Source: a virus
Taxonomy: Duplodnaviria > Caudoviricetes
IMG/VR virus record: IMGVR_UViG_3300008261_000025
Coordinates: 1 to 55,644 of that record
DNA length: 55,644 nt
Strand: one strand, 5' to 3'
Shown here: piece by piece, positions 47,196 to 55,604 of the stretch
How the letters are laid out: each line of letters opens with the position of its first letter
How positions within the stretch are numbered: position 1 is the first letter of the stretch
The notes under the pieces: generated by a model
What the model was told of the DNA's origin: nothing
What the model saw: only the letters and a program-made list of their open reading frames with translations
Databases searched by the model: none
Program-made: the position numbers and the translations under genes

Positions 47196-47646
47196 CGATC
47201 AAATTACAGCTTTACTTTATAATTTTGTAGAAGGCAATAAATCAATTTGTGAAGATGCTTATAACAATAATTGGTTAGGTTATTACATTGATCGCAACAC
47301 GGATGGCTTGCTTGGTTATATGCGATACTCTTATCGAAAACAAATAAAAACTTTAAATGGTAACGATTTACCTATTCCATTTCCGTTTTTAGGAACTCCA
47401 GATAGTTTAGAAATATATTCATTTTTTAATAGTAATTATTTTGTTAAGGAAGTAAAAAGAAATGGAAAACCAACTGAATTTTACAAAAAAGATCATTTTA
47501 AAATCTTAGAAAAAATTGGCAAAACAAGAAGACCGCCAATGACAACAGAAACACCTTATAAAGAAGGAGATAGAATACTTTCCTTTGAAAATTGGGTTAA
47601 ATCTATTGAAAAATATCATAGAAACAGCTTTGAGGAAATATTTTAA
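47185..47646 (+). CDS. Hypothetical protein (start moved to MHNNDQ)
   Basis: ORF in operon; no motif recognised. Confidence 0.6.
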   Translation: MHNNDQITALLYNFVEGNKSICEDAYNNNWLGYYIDRNTDGLLGYMRYSYRKQIKTLNGNDLPIPFPFLGTPDSLEIYSFFNSNYFVKEVKRNGKPTEFYKKDHFKILEKIGKTRRPPMTTETPYKEGDRILSFENWVKSIEKYHRNSFEEIF

Positions 47647-47680
47647 TGTTAGAATTTGATACTAGGCTAAAAAACTTATA

Positions 47681-48073
47681 ATGAAAACTAGAAAAAAAAT
47701 AGGCATCGGCAAGGAAGGGCAAATTCATAAGGAATTTGCTACTTTAGTTAAAAAATACGAATTTCACAAAAAACTTGATTGTATTTTTTGGAGTTATAAT
47801 GCTAGTGGCGAGAAGCGAACAATGATAACAGGAGCATTATTAAAAGCAAAAGGACTTAAAACTGGGATTCCCGATTATGAATTTCGCTTTGCAAGAGATA
47901 AAATTTTACACAGTTTATTTATTGAATTTAAATACGGTAAAGGCAAACAAGCAGAAAGTCAAATTGATTTTCAAAATAAAATTGAAATTTTTGACAATGC
48001 TTATTATGAGATTGCGAGATCGGTAGAAGAAGGAATTAAAATTTTACAAAAATATAAATTAATAATTGAATAG
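47681..48073 (+). CDS. VRR-NUC/PD-(D/E)xK nuclease
   Basis: E..I, G.KTGIPD, FIEFK..KG....Q, RS.EE. Confidence 0.85.
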   Translation: MKTRKKIGIGKEGQIHKEFATLVKKYEFHKKLDCIFWSYNASGEKRTMITGALLKAKGLKTGIPDYEFRFARDKILHSLFIEFKYGKGKQAESQIDFQNKIEIFDNAYYEIARSVEEGIKILQKYKLIIE

Positions 48074-48075
48074 TT

Positions 48076-48237
48076 ATGTTTTGGAATTATTTAACTTTGC
48101 TTTTTATTGCCTTAAAACTTACCAATTATATTGACTGGTCATGGTGGCTAGTATTATCACCGATGCTAATTTTGATTAGCTTTATATTAATGTTGGTAAT
48201 ATTTTATTTAATTCTTGATTTTATTAGCAGAAAATAG
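48076..48237 (+). CDS. Small phage membrane protein (not in ORF track)
   Basis: LTLLFIALKLTNYIDWSWWLVLSP motif, a pattern common in phage TM proteins. Confidence 0.75.
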   Translation: MFWNYLTLLFIALKLTNYIDWSWWLVLSPMLILISFILMLVIFYLILDFISRK

Positions 48238-48265
48238 TTGACATTTATTTTTTATTAAATAAAAT
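48238..48265 (+). promoter_or_regulatory. Repeated early promoter, copy 6
   Basis: TTGACA-tttattttttattaaa-TAAAAT, identical to copy 2. Confidence 0.8.
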
Positions 48266-48272
48266 ATATTTT

Positions 48273-48342
48273 AGTGAACCCCGCCTCTTCCATTAGCTCT
48301 GTCTAGTTTGCGGTGCGGGGGCGACTTTCAAGATTTCTTGAA
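48273..48342 (+). ncRNA. Structured leader/small RNA, copy B
   Basis: ccccgc(48279-84)/gcgggg(48315-20) encloses 30 nt, then gcgac and ttcaag-attt-cttgaa. Confidence 0.55.
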
Positions 48343-48367
48343 TTATTAACTTAAAACTAAAAACAAA

Positions 48368-49555
48368 ATGACAGAAAATAAAGGTTTAACTACCGAACAA
48401 AAAAATAATCGCAAAAGTTTTATAGGAGCAAGCGACATTTACTCACTAGTAAGGCAATATTGTCAAGAAGAACTAGTTGAGTTATCAAAAGAGGCAGTTG
48501 ATGTCTTTTTAATAGTAAAAAATACTAGAGAACAATTTGCAATTGATCCAAAAGAAAAGAGTTTTAAAACTTGCTTTGAAACTTTGGCAGATAAAAAGAA
48601 TATTGACAGAAGAACTTTAAGAGAAGATATGGACTTTTATTTAAGCTTCGGTTTGCAAATGGAAGACGAAATTCGTAAATATTGCGGCGAAAGATTTATT
48701 GTTAGCAATGATAAGAATTTTATTGACACTGGCAAAAAATGGATTGGCTATTCGCCAGACGGCTATGTATTTGATAATTATAATAGTGGCAAGAAAGGGG
48801 TTCTTGAAGTAAAAACAATGAGCAATTGGGGAGCTAAATCATCGCTAATGCCGACCAAATATTATATGCAGGTGCAATATCAAATGTTTTGCTCTGGACT
48901 AGAATATGGCTTGCTATTAACTTGTAAATTCGATCAAAATTTTCGAGATGATATTTACAGCGAAGATCAAATTAAGGCAATTTTACACGAGACTATTATT
49001 GATAAAGATAAAGCAATAAAAAACGGTGATAATCATTTAGCTAATGCTTTAAATGATAAAATAATCGCATTATTGGTTAAATTTCAAATAGAAGTTTTAG
49101 TTATTGATAGAGATAATAGATTAACTTCAATTTTTGAAAAAACCATCGATTGTTTTGATAGAGATTTTCTTGGTAAATTTGCAATGATAAATAGATCGGC
49201 ATTAATCGAAGACCACAATATTGATAACTTTTTAATCGAATTTACCGATTACATAAAAGATTATGATGATGCCGAGAAGGTAAAAGCTAGTAGATTGCTA
49301 AGATTTATGCAGCAAAGCGGACAATTAGACGGAGTTGATAGAATAAATGATATAAATTTAATAGACAAGTTAAATCGTTTTGTTTTGGTAAAAAAAGAAG
49401 CTAAAAAATATGCAGAAGAGGAGGAGTTATTAGCTAATCAAATAAAATTTTATGCTATTAATAAATTCTATAATATTCTTGAATGGGAAGGTAAAACAAT
49501 GCAAATTCGAGTGGATAAAAGAGGTTTTGTGTCGCTAAAATTAAAAGGAGAATAA
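48368..49555 (+). CDS. YqaJ/lambda-Exo-like recombination exonuclease
   Basis: R..FIGASD, G..ME, SPDG, LEVKT, YY.QVQ.QM. Confidence 0.85.
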   Translation: MTENKGLTTEQKNNRKSFIGASDIYSLVRQYCQEELVELSKEAVDVFLIVKNTREQFAIDPKEKSFKTCFETLADKKNIDRRTLREDMDFYLSFGLQMEDEIRKYCGERFIVSNDKNFIDTGKKWIGYSPDGYVFDNYNSGKKGVLEVKTMSNWGAKSSLMPTKYYMQVQYQMFCSGLEYGLLLTCKFDQNFRDDIYSEDQIKAILHETIIDKDKAIKNGDNHLANALNDKIIALLVKFQIEVLVIDRDNRLTSIFEKTIDCFDRDFLGKFAMINRSALIEDHNIDNFLIEFTDYIKDYDDAEKVKASRLLRFMQQSGQLDGVDRINDINLIDKLNRFVLVKKEAKKYAEEEELLANQIKFYAINKFYNILEWEGKTMQIRVDKRGFVSLKLKGE

Positions 49556-49585
49556 AAAAATAATTATTTTTTTAAAATAACACCA

Positions 49586-49635
49586 TTGACATTTATATTT
49601 TATTTAATAAAATATAAATGTCAAAATTTCTTGAT
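49586..49635 (+). promoter_or_regulatory. Repeated early promoter plus hairpin, copy 7
   Basis: TTGACA-16-TAAAAT; gtcaa.attt.ttgat. Confidence 0.7.
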
Positions 49636-49663
49636 TTACTAACTAAAAACAACTAAAAATAAA

Positions 49664-50515
49664 ATGAAAAAGAAAAAAAAGCATTTTAATAATTTGCAAA
49701 TAAATAATCAAAACTTAAAAAAAAAAGAAGAGCAAAAATATAACATTATTAATTTTTCAAATTTTGATTATCAGCAAATTAAACCATCTAATATAACTGC
49801 AGAACAAGAACTGCAATATAGAAAAGATAGAGCTAATGTTTTTGAAACAATTGAAGGACTTAAAAAAGATAAAGGAAAAGGAAAAAGTAAAAATAATGAA
49901 ATAAAAGAAGTAAGTTATAATTATTTTGAAATATCACAAGTTCAGTCTGTAATTAAAAAAGCAACAAAAGATAAATTTTATTACGAACAAATAGTTTTAA
50001 CCGATAGCATTATAACAAATATAGTTCACATCGAAACTGGAATTACAAATTGTATAAAATCTAATATACATTCATTAAAAGATATTGAAAATATTAGAAT
50101 TGAATATGGCAAGCTTCAATTGAAAACAGATAGTAATAAAACTGAAGGTTTTATGAAAGGCATGTCTTCGGCGCAAGTTTTAGGATCACTTATAACTTAT
50201 ATTAAAAAATATACACTAGTTTCTTATTTTGGCTTGTCTGAAGAAGATAACGATGGAAACGAACCAAAGAAGATAGAAATATCTGCAGAAGAAATTATAA
50301 CAATGATAGAAAAATGTAAAAATTTTGGTGAAAATTTATTTGATGATAAAGTTTTCTGTGAACTTTACAAAATAGAAAAAATTAGTTTAGATCAAATTAA
50401 GACTTTAGATCAAGATAAAAGATTTTCTGCAAAACAATCATTAGAATCAAAATTAAATAAATTAGAAAAACGACAAAAACAAAATAAGCCAACTCCTAGT
50501 AATCAAATAATATAA
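49664..50515 (+). CDS. ERF-family single-strand annealing protein
   Basis: Y.Y, H.ETG, Q..GS.ITY.KKY.L...FGL..EDNDG. Confidence 0.8.
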   Translation: MKKKKKHFNNLQINNQNLKKKEEQKYNIINFSNFDYQQIKPSNITAEQELQYRKDRANVFETIEGLKKDKGKGKSKNNEIKEVSYNYFEISQVQSVIKKATKDKFYYEQIVLTDSIITNIVHIETGITNCIKSNIHSLKDIENIRIEYGKLQLKTDSNKTEGFMKGMSSAQVLGSLITYIKKYTLVSYFGLSEEDNDGNEPKKIEISAEEIITMIEKCKNFGENLFDDKVFCELYKIEKISLDQIKTLDQDKRFSAKQSLESKLNKLEKRQKQNKPTPSNQII

Positions 50516-50519
50516 TAAA

Positions 50520-50975
50520 ATGACTGAATATGGAAAGTCTGGTAGATGTATTATTGAAAGGATTATTCGTGATAAAAAAATGACAGACTTATTTGAATTA
50601 ATCAAACATGGCGACTTTGAAGGTGTGAAAAAAGCAATTGAAAATGGGGCGGATGTTAATGCAAGGAATGAGATTGGCTGGACTCCTTTGCATTTGGCAT
50701 CTTATTGGGGCTGCACAAAAATCGCAAAACTTTTGATTGAGAATAAAGCTGATGTTAATGCGAAAGATGTATGTGGCAACACTCCTTTGCATCTGGCATC
50801 TCGGTATAACAACTTAGAAATAGTAAAGCTTTTGATTGAAAAAGGGGCGGATGTCAATGCGAAAGATAATTATAGCAAAACTGCTCTCGATATTGCAAAA
50901 AGTCACGACTATCAAGAGATTATCGATTTATTAACTAAAAACAAAAACAAAATAATATGGGATGTGGCTTATTAA
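50520..50975 (+). CDS. Ankyrin-repeat protein (start may be 50580)
   Basis: Three ANK repeats: GWTPLHLA, GNTPLHLA, KTALDIA. Confidence 0.92.
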   Translation: MTEYGKSGRCIIERIIRDKKMTDLFELIKHGDFEGVKKAIENGADVNARNEIGWTPLHLASYWGCTKIAKLLIENKADVNAKDVCGNTPLHLASRYNNLEIVKLLIEKGADVNAKDNYSKTALDIAKSHDYQEIIDLLTKNKNKIIWDVAY

Positions 50976-51181
50976 ATATTGATATAAATGATACAGATTA
51001 TAGAAATATAGTATTAAATGCTGTTAAGCGTTATGGTGGAGCTTTAAAATATGTGCATTACAAGCTAAAAAACGATTACGAAATTGTATTTAATGCTGTA
51101 AAACAATATTCTCCTGCATTAGAATATGCCGATTGGACTTTAAGAGATTTTGCCAATTTATTAAAACTAAAAACAATCTAA
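50957..51181 (+). CDS. Short DUF4116-repeat protein
   Basis: IVLNAVK..G.ALKY...LKND.EIV..AVKQ...ALEYA. Confidence 0.75.
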   Translation: MGCGLLNIDINDTDYRNIVLNAVKRYGGALKYVHYKLKNDYEIVFNAVKQYSPALEYADWTLRDFANLLKLKTI

Positions 51182-51187
51182 TTATTA

Positions 51188-51406
51188 ATGTTTTACTACT
51201 TGTTAATGCTAATCTTTTTATGTTTTATTGCTGCTATCTTATGTTATGGCAATAATGCAAGCAAGATTTTTGGCTGTGATATAAAAAATAAAGTTGCTAG
51301 AAAAATAGTTATTATTGCTCTATCAATTATTTTAGGCTTATCTTTGCCAATTGCAATAATGCAAAATTGCTTAAAAAATCAAATAACTAAATATTTAAAA
51401 AAATGA
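51188..51406 (+). CDS. Small two-TM membrane protein
   Basis: Two hydrophobic segments. Confidence 0.6.
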   Translation: MFYYLLMLIFLCFIAAILCYGNNASKIFGCDIKNKVARKIVIIALSIILGLSLPIAIMQNCLKNQITKYLKK

Positions 51407-52212
51407 CAAATGCAATTTGGAACGACAAAGAGTTTGTTCTTGAAAGAGTTAAGCGAGATGGATGGTGTCTTAAATTTGCTAGCGACAATTTGCGAAACAA
51501 TAAAGAGGTTGTTTTGGCGGCAGTTAAGGAAAATGGCTTGGCTCTTGTATATGCCAGCGACGAGTTAAAAAATGACAAAGAAGTAGTTTTAGCGGCAGTT
51601 AAGGAATGGGGCTTGGCTCTTGAATATGCCAGCGACGAGCTAAAAAATGACAAAGAGTTTGTTCTTGAGGCAGTTAAGGAAAATGGCTCTGCTCTTAGAT
51701 ATGTTAGCCTAAAGTTGCAAAATGACAAAGAGTTTGTTCTTGAGGCAGCTAAGGAAAATGGCTTGGCTCTTGTATATGCCAGCGACGAGTTAAAAAATGA
51801 CAAAGAAGTAGTTTTAGCGGCAGTTAAGGAATGGGGCTTGGCTCTTAAATTTGCCAGCCCCGAATTACGAAATGACAAAGAGGTCGTTCTTGAGGCAGTT
51901 AAGCAAAATGTCTCTGCTCTTAGATATGTTAGCCTAAAGTTGCAAAATGACAAAGAGTTTGTTCTTGAAAGAGTTAAGCGAGATGGATGGTGTCTTAAAT
52001 TTGCTAGCGACAATTTGCGAAACAATAAAGAGGTTGTTCTTGAGGCAGTTAAGCAAAATGGCTTGGCTCTTGAATATGCCAGCGACGAGTTAAAAAATGA
52101 CAAAGAGTTTGTTTTGGTGGCGGTGAAGGAAAATAAAGATGCTCTTGCATATGCCAATAAAGAATTCCAAAATGATCCCGAACTTGTTGCCTTGGCAAAA
52201 TCTAATTATTAA
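51403..52212 (+). CDS. DUF4116-repeat protein with about 10 x 25-aa units
   Basis: (N.KE.VL.AVK..G.AL.YAS.EL.)n with long exact nucleotide duplications. Confidence 0.9.
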   Translation: MTNAIWNDKEFVLERVKRDGWCLKFASDNLRNNKEVVLAAVKENGLALVYASDELKNDKEVVLAAVKEWGLALEYASDELKNDKEFVLEAVKENGSALRYVSLKLQNDKEFVLEAAKENGLALVYASDELKNDKEVVLAAVKEWGLALKFASPELRNDKEVVLEAVKQNVSALRYVSLKLQNDKEFVLERVKRDGWCLKFASDNLRNNKEVVLEAVKQNGLALEYASDELKNDKEFVLVAVKENKDALAYANKEFQNDPELVALAKSNY

Positions 52213-52231
52213 CAATTAAACTAAAAATAAA

Positions 52232-52564
52232 ATGCAAAATTTAAAACACTTATCGCAAATTGAAAAAAGAAAATGGTTAGTCCAGGAAATGCAGAAAAAA
52301 TGGTTTCTCGACGAAGATGATATTATCGACGGAGATTGCAAAGATAATGCGACAGTTTCTATTTATGGAGATATTGAATTTTTAGATATTTTTAAAATTT
52401 TAGAGCAATTAGATTGGCAAGGTTTTAAAATAATAGAAGAAGGAATTTTAATTGACATAAAAATTGCTAGAAATCTTATAGCTGGGGAGATTAATTTGGC
52501 AAGTCCTAAAGAGTTTATTATTTCTAATGGAGTTATGAAAATATTGTATAATTGTTGTTTCTAA
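52232..52564 (+). CDS. Hypothetical protein
   Basis: 110 aa; 16-nt direct repeat tttctaatggagttat at 52521 and 52558. Confidence 0.6.
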   Translation: MQNLKHLSQIEKRKWLVQEMQKKWFLDEDDIIDGDCKDNATVSIYGDIEFLDIFKILEQLDWQGFKIIEEGILIDIKIARNLIAGEINLASPKEFIISNGVMKILYNCCF

Positions 52565-52584
52565 TGGAGTTATAAAGATATAGT

Positions 52585-53157
52585 ATGACTAAATCGATTA
52601 AAATTCTTTTAATTTTTGCAATTGCTTTATTGCCAAATATTGCTTTTGCAACAAATATTGGTATTGGAACTAATATGTTTTATGCAAAGATAAATGACCC
52701 AGATTTACGATTTGCAGAAGATTTAGAGAATGTTAGAGACCCTATCAATGCAATTCGCAATGTTAATTTAAGCCTATCAAATAATTATGGTAGAGTTATT
52801 TATGGCATTGCTAGCAATAGGCTACTTAATGCACCAGCAAATAGAATTGTTCTTGATAATAAAAATAGAGAATATCAATACAGTAGCCGAGCAATACTCG
52901 ACAGCTTGGCTATTGGATATGCAACAAGTAAAACTACTGCAATTAGTTTTTTGCTTGGCAATTTACAGCTAAGGCAAGATTTAAACCGGGGTAATTACCA
53001 TAAAAGAAGCGTTGAAAATGCAATAATTTATGGTTTATCTTTTAGTAAAAAAATCAAAAATAACTCTTTGTCGCTAATTTTATTAGCACCGTCGCAAGCG
53101 ATTAAAGCGGAATACGGAATTGGCATTAGTTATTCTTATCAAATAAAAATTTTATAA
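52585..53157 (+). CDS. Putative outer-membrane beta-barrel protein
   Basis: Signal peptide ending AFA; alternating amphipathic strands; C-terminal YGIGISYSY strand. Confidence 0.65.
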   Translation: MTKSIKILLIFAIALLPNIAFATNIGIGTNMFYAKINDPDLRFAEDLENVRDPINAIRNVNLSLSNNYGRVIYGIASNRLLNAPANRIVLDNKNREYQYSSRAILDSLAIGYATSKTTAISFLLGNLQLRQDLNRGNYHKRSVENAIIYGLSFSKKIKNNSLSLILLAPSQAIKAEYGIGISYSYQIKIL

Positions 53158-53159
53158 AA

Positions 53160-54041
53160 ATGGAATCAGCAACTAATTTAAAATTTCAAATAGAGTGGGC
53201 GGAGCTAAAAAATTTTGGCAGAAAAGAAAATGGCTTGAGATTTGCTAATTTTAGCACAATCTTTTACGACAATTATGAGGGAAAAAATAGATATATTAAA
53301 GATATAGAATTTGTCGAGGAAGATTTAAGCGATAAAAAATCTATTACTTTTAAATCAATCAATCGCTATGGATTAGAAAAAAAAAGAAAGATGACGGATG
53401 TCGAGAGGGAAAAACAGAATGCAGACGAAGATTTAAAAAGATATGGCTTAGAAAAAACTTGGCTAAAAATAGAATATCTTATGAAAAATACTGAAAGAAG
53501 TAATCAGAGGGAAGGATCGTTGAGTTATACTGAAAATACTTATAACTCGCAAAAAAGCCGTAAATTGTTTTGTATTAATAGTTTAGTTAGCTTTACACCT
53601 TTAAATGAAAATTCGCACAACGATCAAGTGCCAGAAAATGCAGGGCATATGATGCGAAAAAGTAATATATGCGAACTAGACCATCTTTTATTCTATTTTG
53701 CTATTCTTTTGAAAAAAACTCCTTTGAAGGAAAATTTAGCAGGATTAGAAAATTTACAATCTTTTATTGTCAATAATTTTTATGAAAATGTCCGGTTAAT
53801 ACCAGTCAAGCAAAAAAAAGAAAATTTGATAATGTTGAATAATGCAAAAGATGATGTTTTTGATTTATTGCAATGTTATGATTGGGATGAGGTAAATCCT
53901 TTTGATTTAAAAGATATTCTAAAAATTAATTTTACAAAGGTTCAATTTCAGCAAATTAATTATACTCAAAACGAAGCTATAATATATAGAATAGCAAAAG
54001 AAATCTTTAATATTATTGAAAAAATTTTACCATTTTTATAA
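53160..54041 (+). CDS. Hypothetical protein
   Basis: 293-aa ORF; no motif recognised. Confidence 0.7.
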   Translation: MESATNLKFQIEWAELKNFGRKENGLRFANFSTIFYDNYEGKNRYIKDIEFVEEDLSDKKSITFKSINRYGLEKKRKMTDVEREKQNADEDLKRYGLEKTWLKIEYLMKNTERSNQREGSLSYTENTYNSQKSRKLFCINSLVSFTPLNENSHNDQVPENAGHMMRKSNICELDHLLFYFAILLKKTPLKENLAGLENLQSFIVNNFYENVRLIPVKQKKENLIMLNNAKDDVFDLLQCYDWDEVNPFDLKDILKINFTKVQFQQINYTQNEAIIYRIAKEIFNIIEKILPFL

Positions 54042-54328
54042 TGAAAGAGCGAGATAAAATTTTTAAAATTGCCAAAAAAGCAATTTTTAAAGCGGCAAAT
54101 AAGGCTTTAATTGATCATAGCAAATTTTTAAAAGATCAGGATAAATATATATTGATGCAAAAAAAACCAGAATTTCATTATTATCTTGATTTATTAATAG
54201 ATAAATATTATGAAAAATATAAAAACACAAAAATTTTGGATTTTGCAATCCAGACTTTTGTGTATAATTATTCATTACCCGAAATAGCAAAAAAACTAAA
54301 ACAAATTCAAAATGAAAAAACAAATTAA
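54041..54328 (+). CDS. Hypothetical protein
   Basis: 95 aa; TAATG coupling with the upstream gene. Confidence 0.6.
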   Translation: MKERDKIFKIAKKAIFKAANKALIDHSKFLKDQDKYILMQKKPEFHYYLDLLIDKYYEKYKNTKILDFAIQTFVYNYSLPEIAKKLKQIQNEKTN

Positions 54329-54758
54329 AATTAATTTACACGAAATTTATAATGGAAAATTACATTATGAAACAACAGGTTCTGCAGCATTTGACCTTAA
54401 GTATTGCGGGGAAGAACCTGTCATAATTAAGCCAAATGAAAGAAAACTTTTGCAACTAGGCATAAAATCAGAATTTGATAAAGAATATTGTGTTAAAATT
54501 TTGCCAAGAAGTGGATTGGCAATTAAGCAAGGAATTACAGTTCTTAATGCACCCGGACTTATTGATAGTGATTATCGTGATGAGTGGAAAGTTATTCTTA
54601 TTAATCAAGGAAGCGAAGATGTAGTAATCAATAAAGGTGATAGAGTTTGCCAAGCACAACTTGAAAATGTTATTAGAGCAACTTTTGATTATGTAAAAGA
54701 AGAGGAGCTAAGCACTAGCAAAAGAAAAGGTGGATTTGGATCGACTGGCATAAAATAA
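54312..54758 (+). CDS. dut: dUTPase (trimeric)
   Basis: AAFDL, PRSGLA, GLIDSDYR, RVCQ, R.GGFGSTG. Confidence 0.95.
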   Translation: MKKQIKINLHEIYNGKLHYETTGSAAFDLKYCGEEPVIIKPNERKLLQLGIKSEFDKEYCVKILPRSGLAIKQGITVLNAPGLIDSDYRDEWKVILINQGSEDVVINKGDRVCQAQLENVIRATFDYVKEEELSTSKRKGGFGSTGIK

Positions 54759-54760
54759 CA

Positions 54761-55171
54761 ATGCAAAATTATTCTAATAAATCAATTGAAACTATTGCCA
54801 ACATTTTTAAAGAAGTAAATTTTAAAGATGTTGACAATGTTTTTCCAGTGCCAATAGGTGAAATATGTGATAAAATTTGCTTAAATGATATTAGTCTTAA
54901 TAAAGATGACAATGTTGACAAATGCTTATTTAAGATAGCCAATTATATTGGTTGTTCTGTTTTATATCATAAAAATTTTATAGATTTAGAAATTAAGCAA
55001 AAACAAGAAGTAAATGATTTTGCTTTAGAATTAATTTTGCCAGAAAGTAAATTTATTGATATATTTTTCGAAACTAGAAAAAATTTTAAAAGAATAGCTA
55101 ATTTTTTAGGAGTTTCTGCCTCTTTAGCTGAAAAAAGAGCATTTTATTTAGGATTAATTGATAGCTTATAA
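54761..55171 (+). CDS. Degenerate ImmA/IrrE (peptidase M78)-like protein lacking HExxH
   Basis: PVPI..I, F.IANYIGC in place of F.IAHELGH, E.N.FA.ELILP, IA.F.GVS......R...LG. Confidence 0.6.
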   Translation: MQNYSNKSIETIANIFKEVNFKDVDNVFPVPIGEICDKICLNDISLNKDDNVDKCLFKIANYIGCSVLYHKNFIDLEIKQKQEVNDFALELILPESKFIDIFFETRKNFKRIANFLGVSASLAEKRAFYLGLIDSL

Positions 55172-55175
55172 CAAA

Positions 55176-55604
55176 ATGACAAATACAGAAAATTGGAATG
55201 ATAAAAAGTTCGTTCTTGAAGCGGTTAGCCAAAATGGCTGGTCTCTTAGATATGCTAGCGAAAAGTTAAAAAATAATAAGGAGGTCGTTTTAGCGGCGGT
55301 TAGGCAAAATGGAATTGCTCTTATGTGGGCTAGCTACAGGCTACGAAATAATAAGGAGGTTGTTTTAGCGGCGGTTAAGGAGAATATCAATTCTATTTGG
55401 TTTGCTAACGATAAGTTAAGAAAAAATAAAGAAATTGCCATTGAAGCTATTAAACAAAATGGTAACGCTCTTAAATATTTTAGCGACAATTTGCGAAACA
55501 ATAAAGAGGTTGTTTTAGAGGCGGTTAAGCAAGATCGCTTTGCTCTTGTATATGCCAGTCCAAAATTGCGAAATGATCCAAAGCTTATTGCTTTGGCAAG
55601 CTAA
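55176..55604 (+). CDS. DUF4116-repeat protein (start moved to MTNTEN)
   Basis: WND.KFVLEAV..., five units, C-terminal LRNDPKLIALA. Confidence 0.85.
   Translation: MTNTENWNDKKFVLEAVSQNGWSLRYASEKLKNNKEVVLAAVRQNGIALMWASYRLRNNKEVVLAAVKENINSIWFANDKLRKNKEIAIEAIKQNGNALKYFSDNLRNNKEVVLEAVKQDRFALVYASPKLRNDPKLIALAS

Noticed and set aside
51387-52157. 256-aa antisense ORF
   Set aside because: Mirror of the DUF4116 repeat gene; open because the repeated unit lacks reverse-strand stops
51403-52212. Diversity-generating retroelement template/variable repeats
   Set aside because: No reverse transcriptase seen; differences between repeats are not confined to adenines
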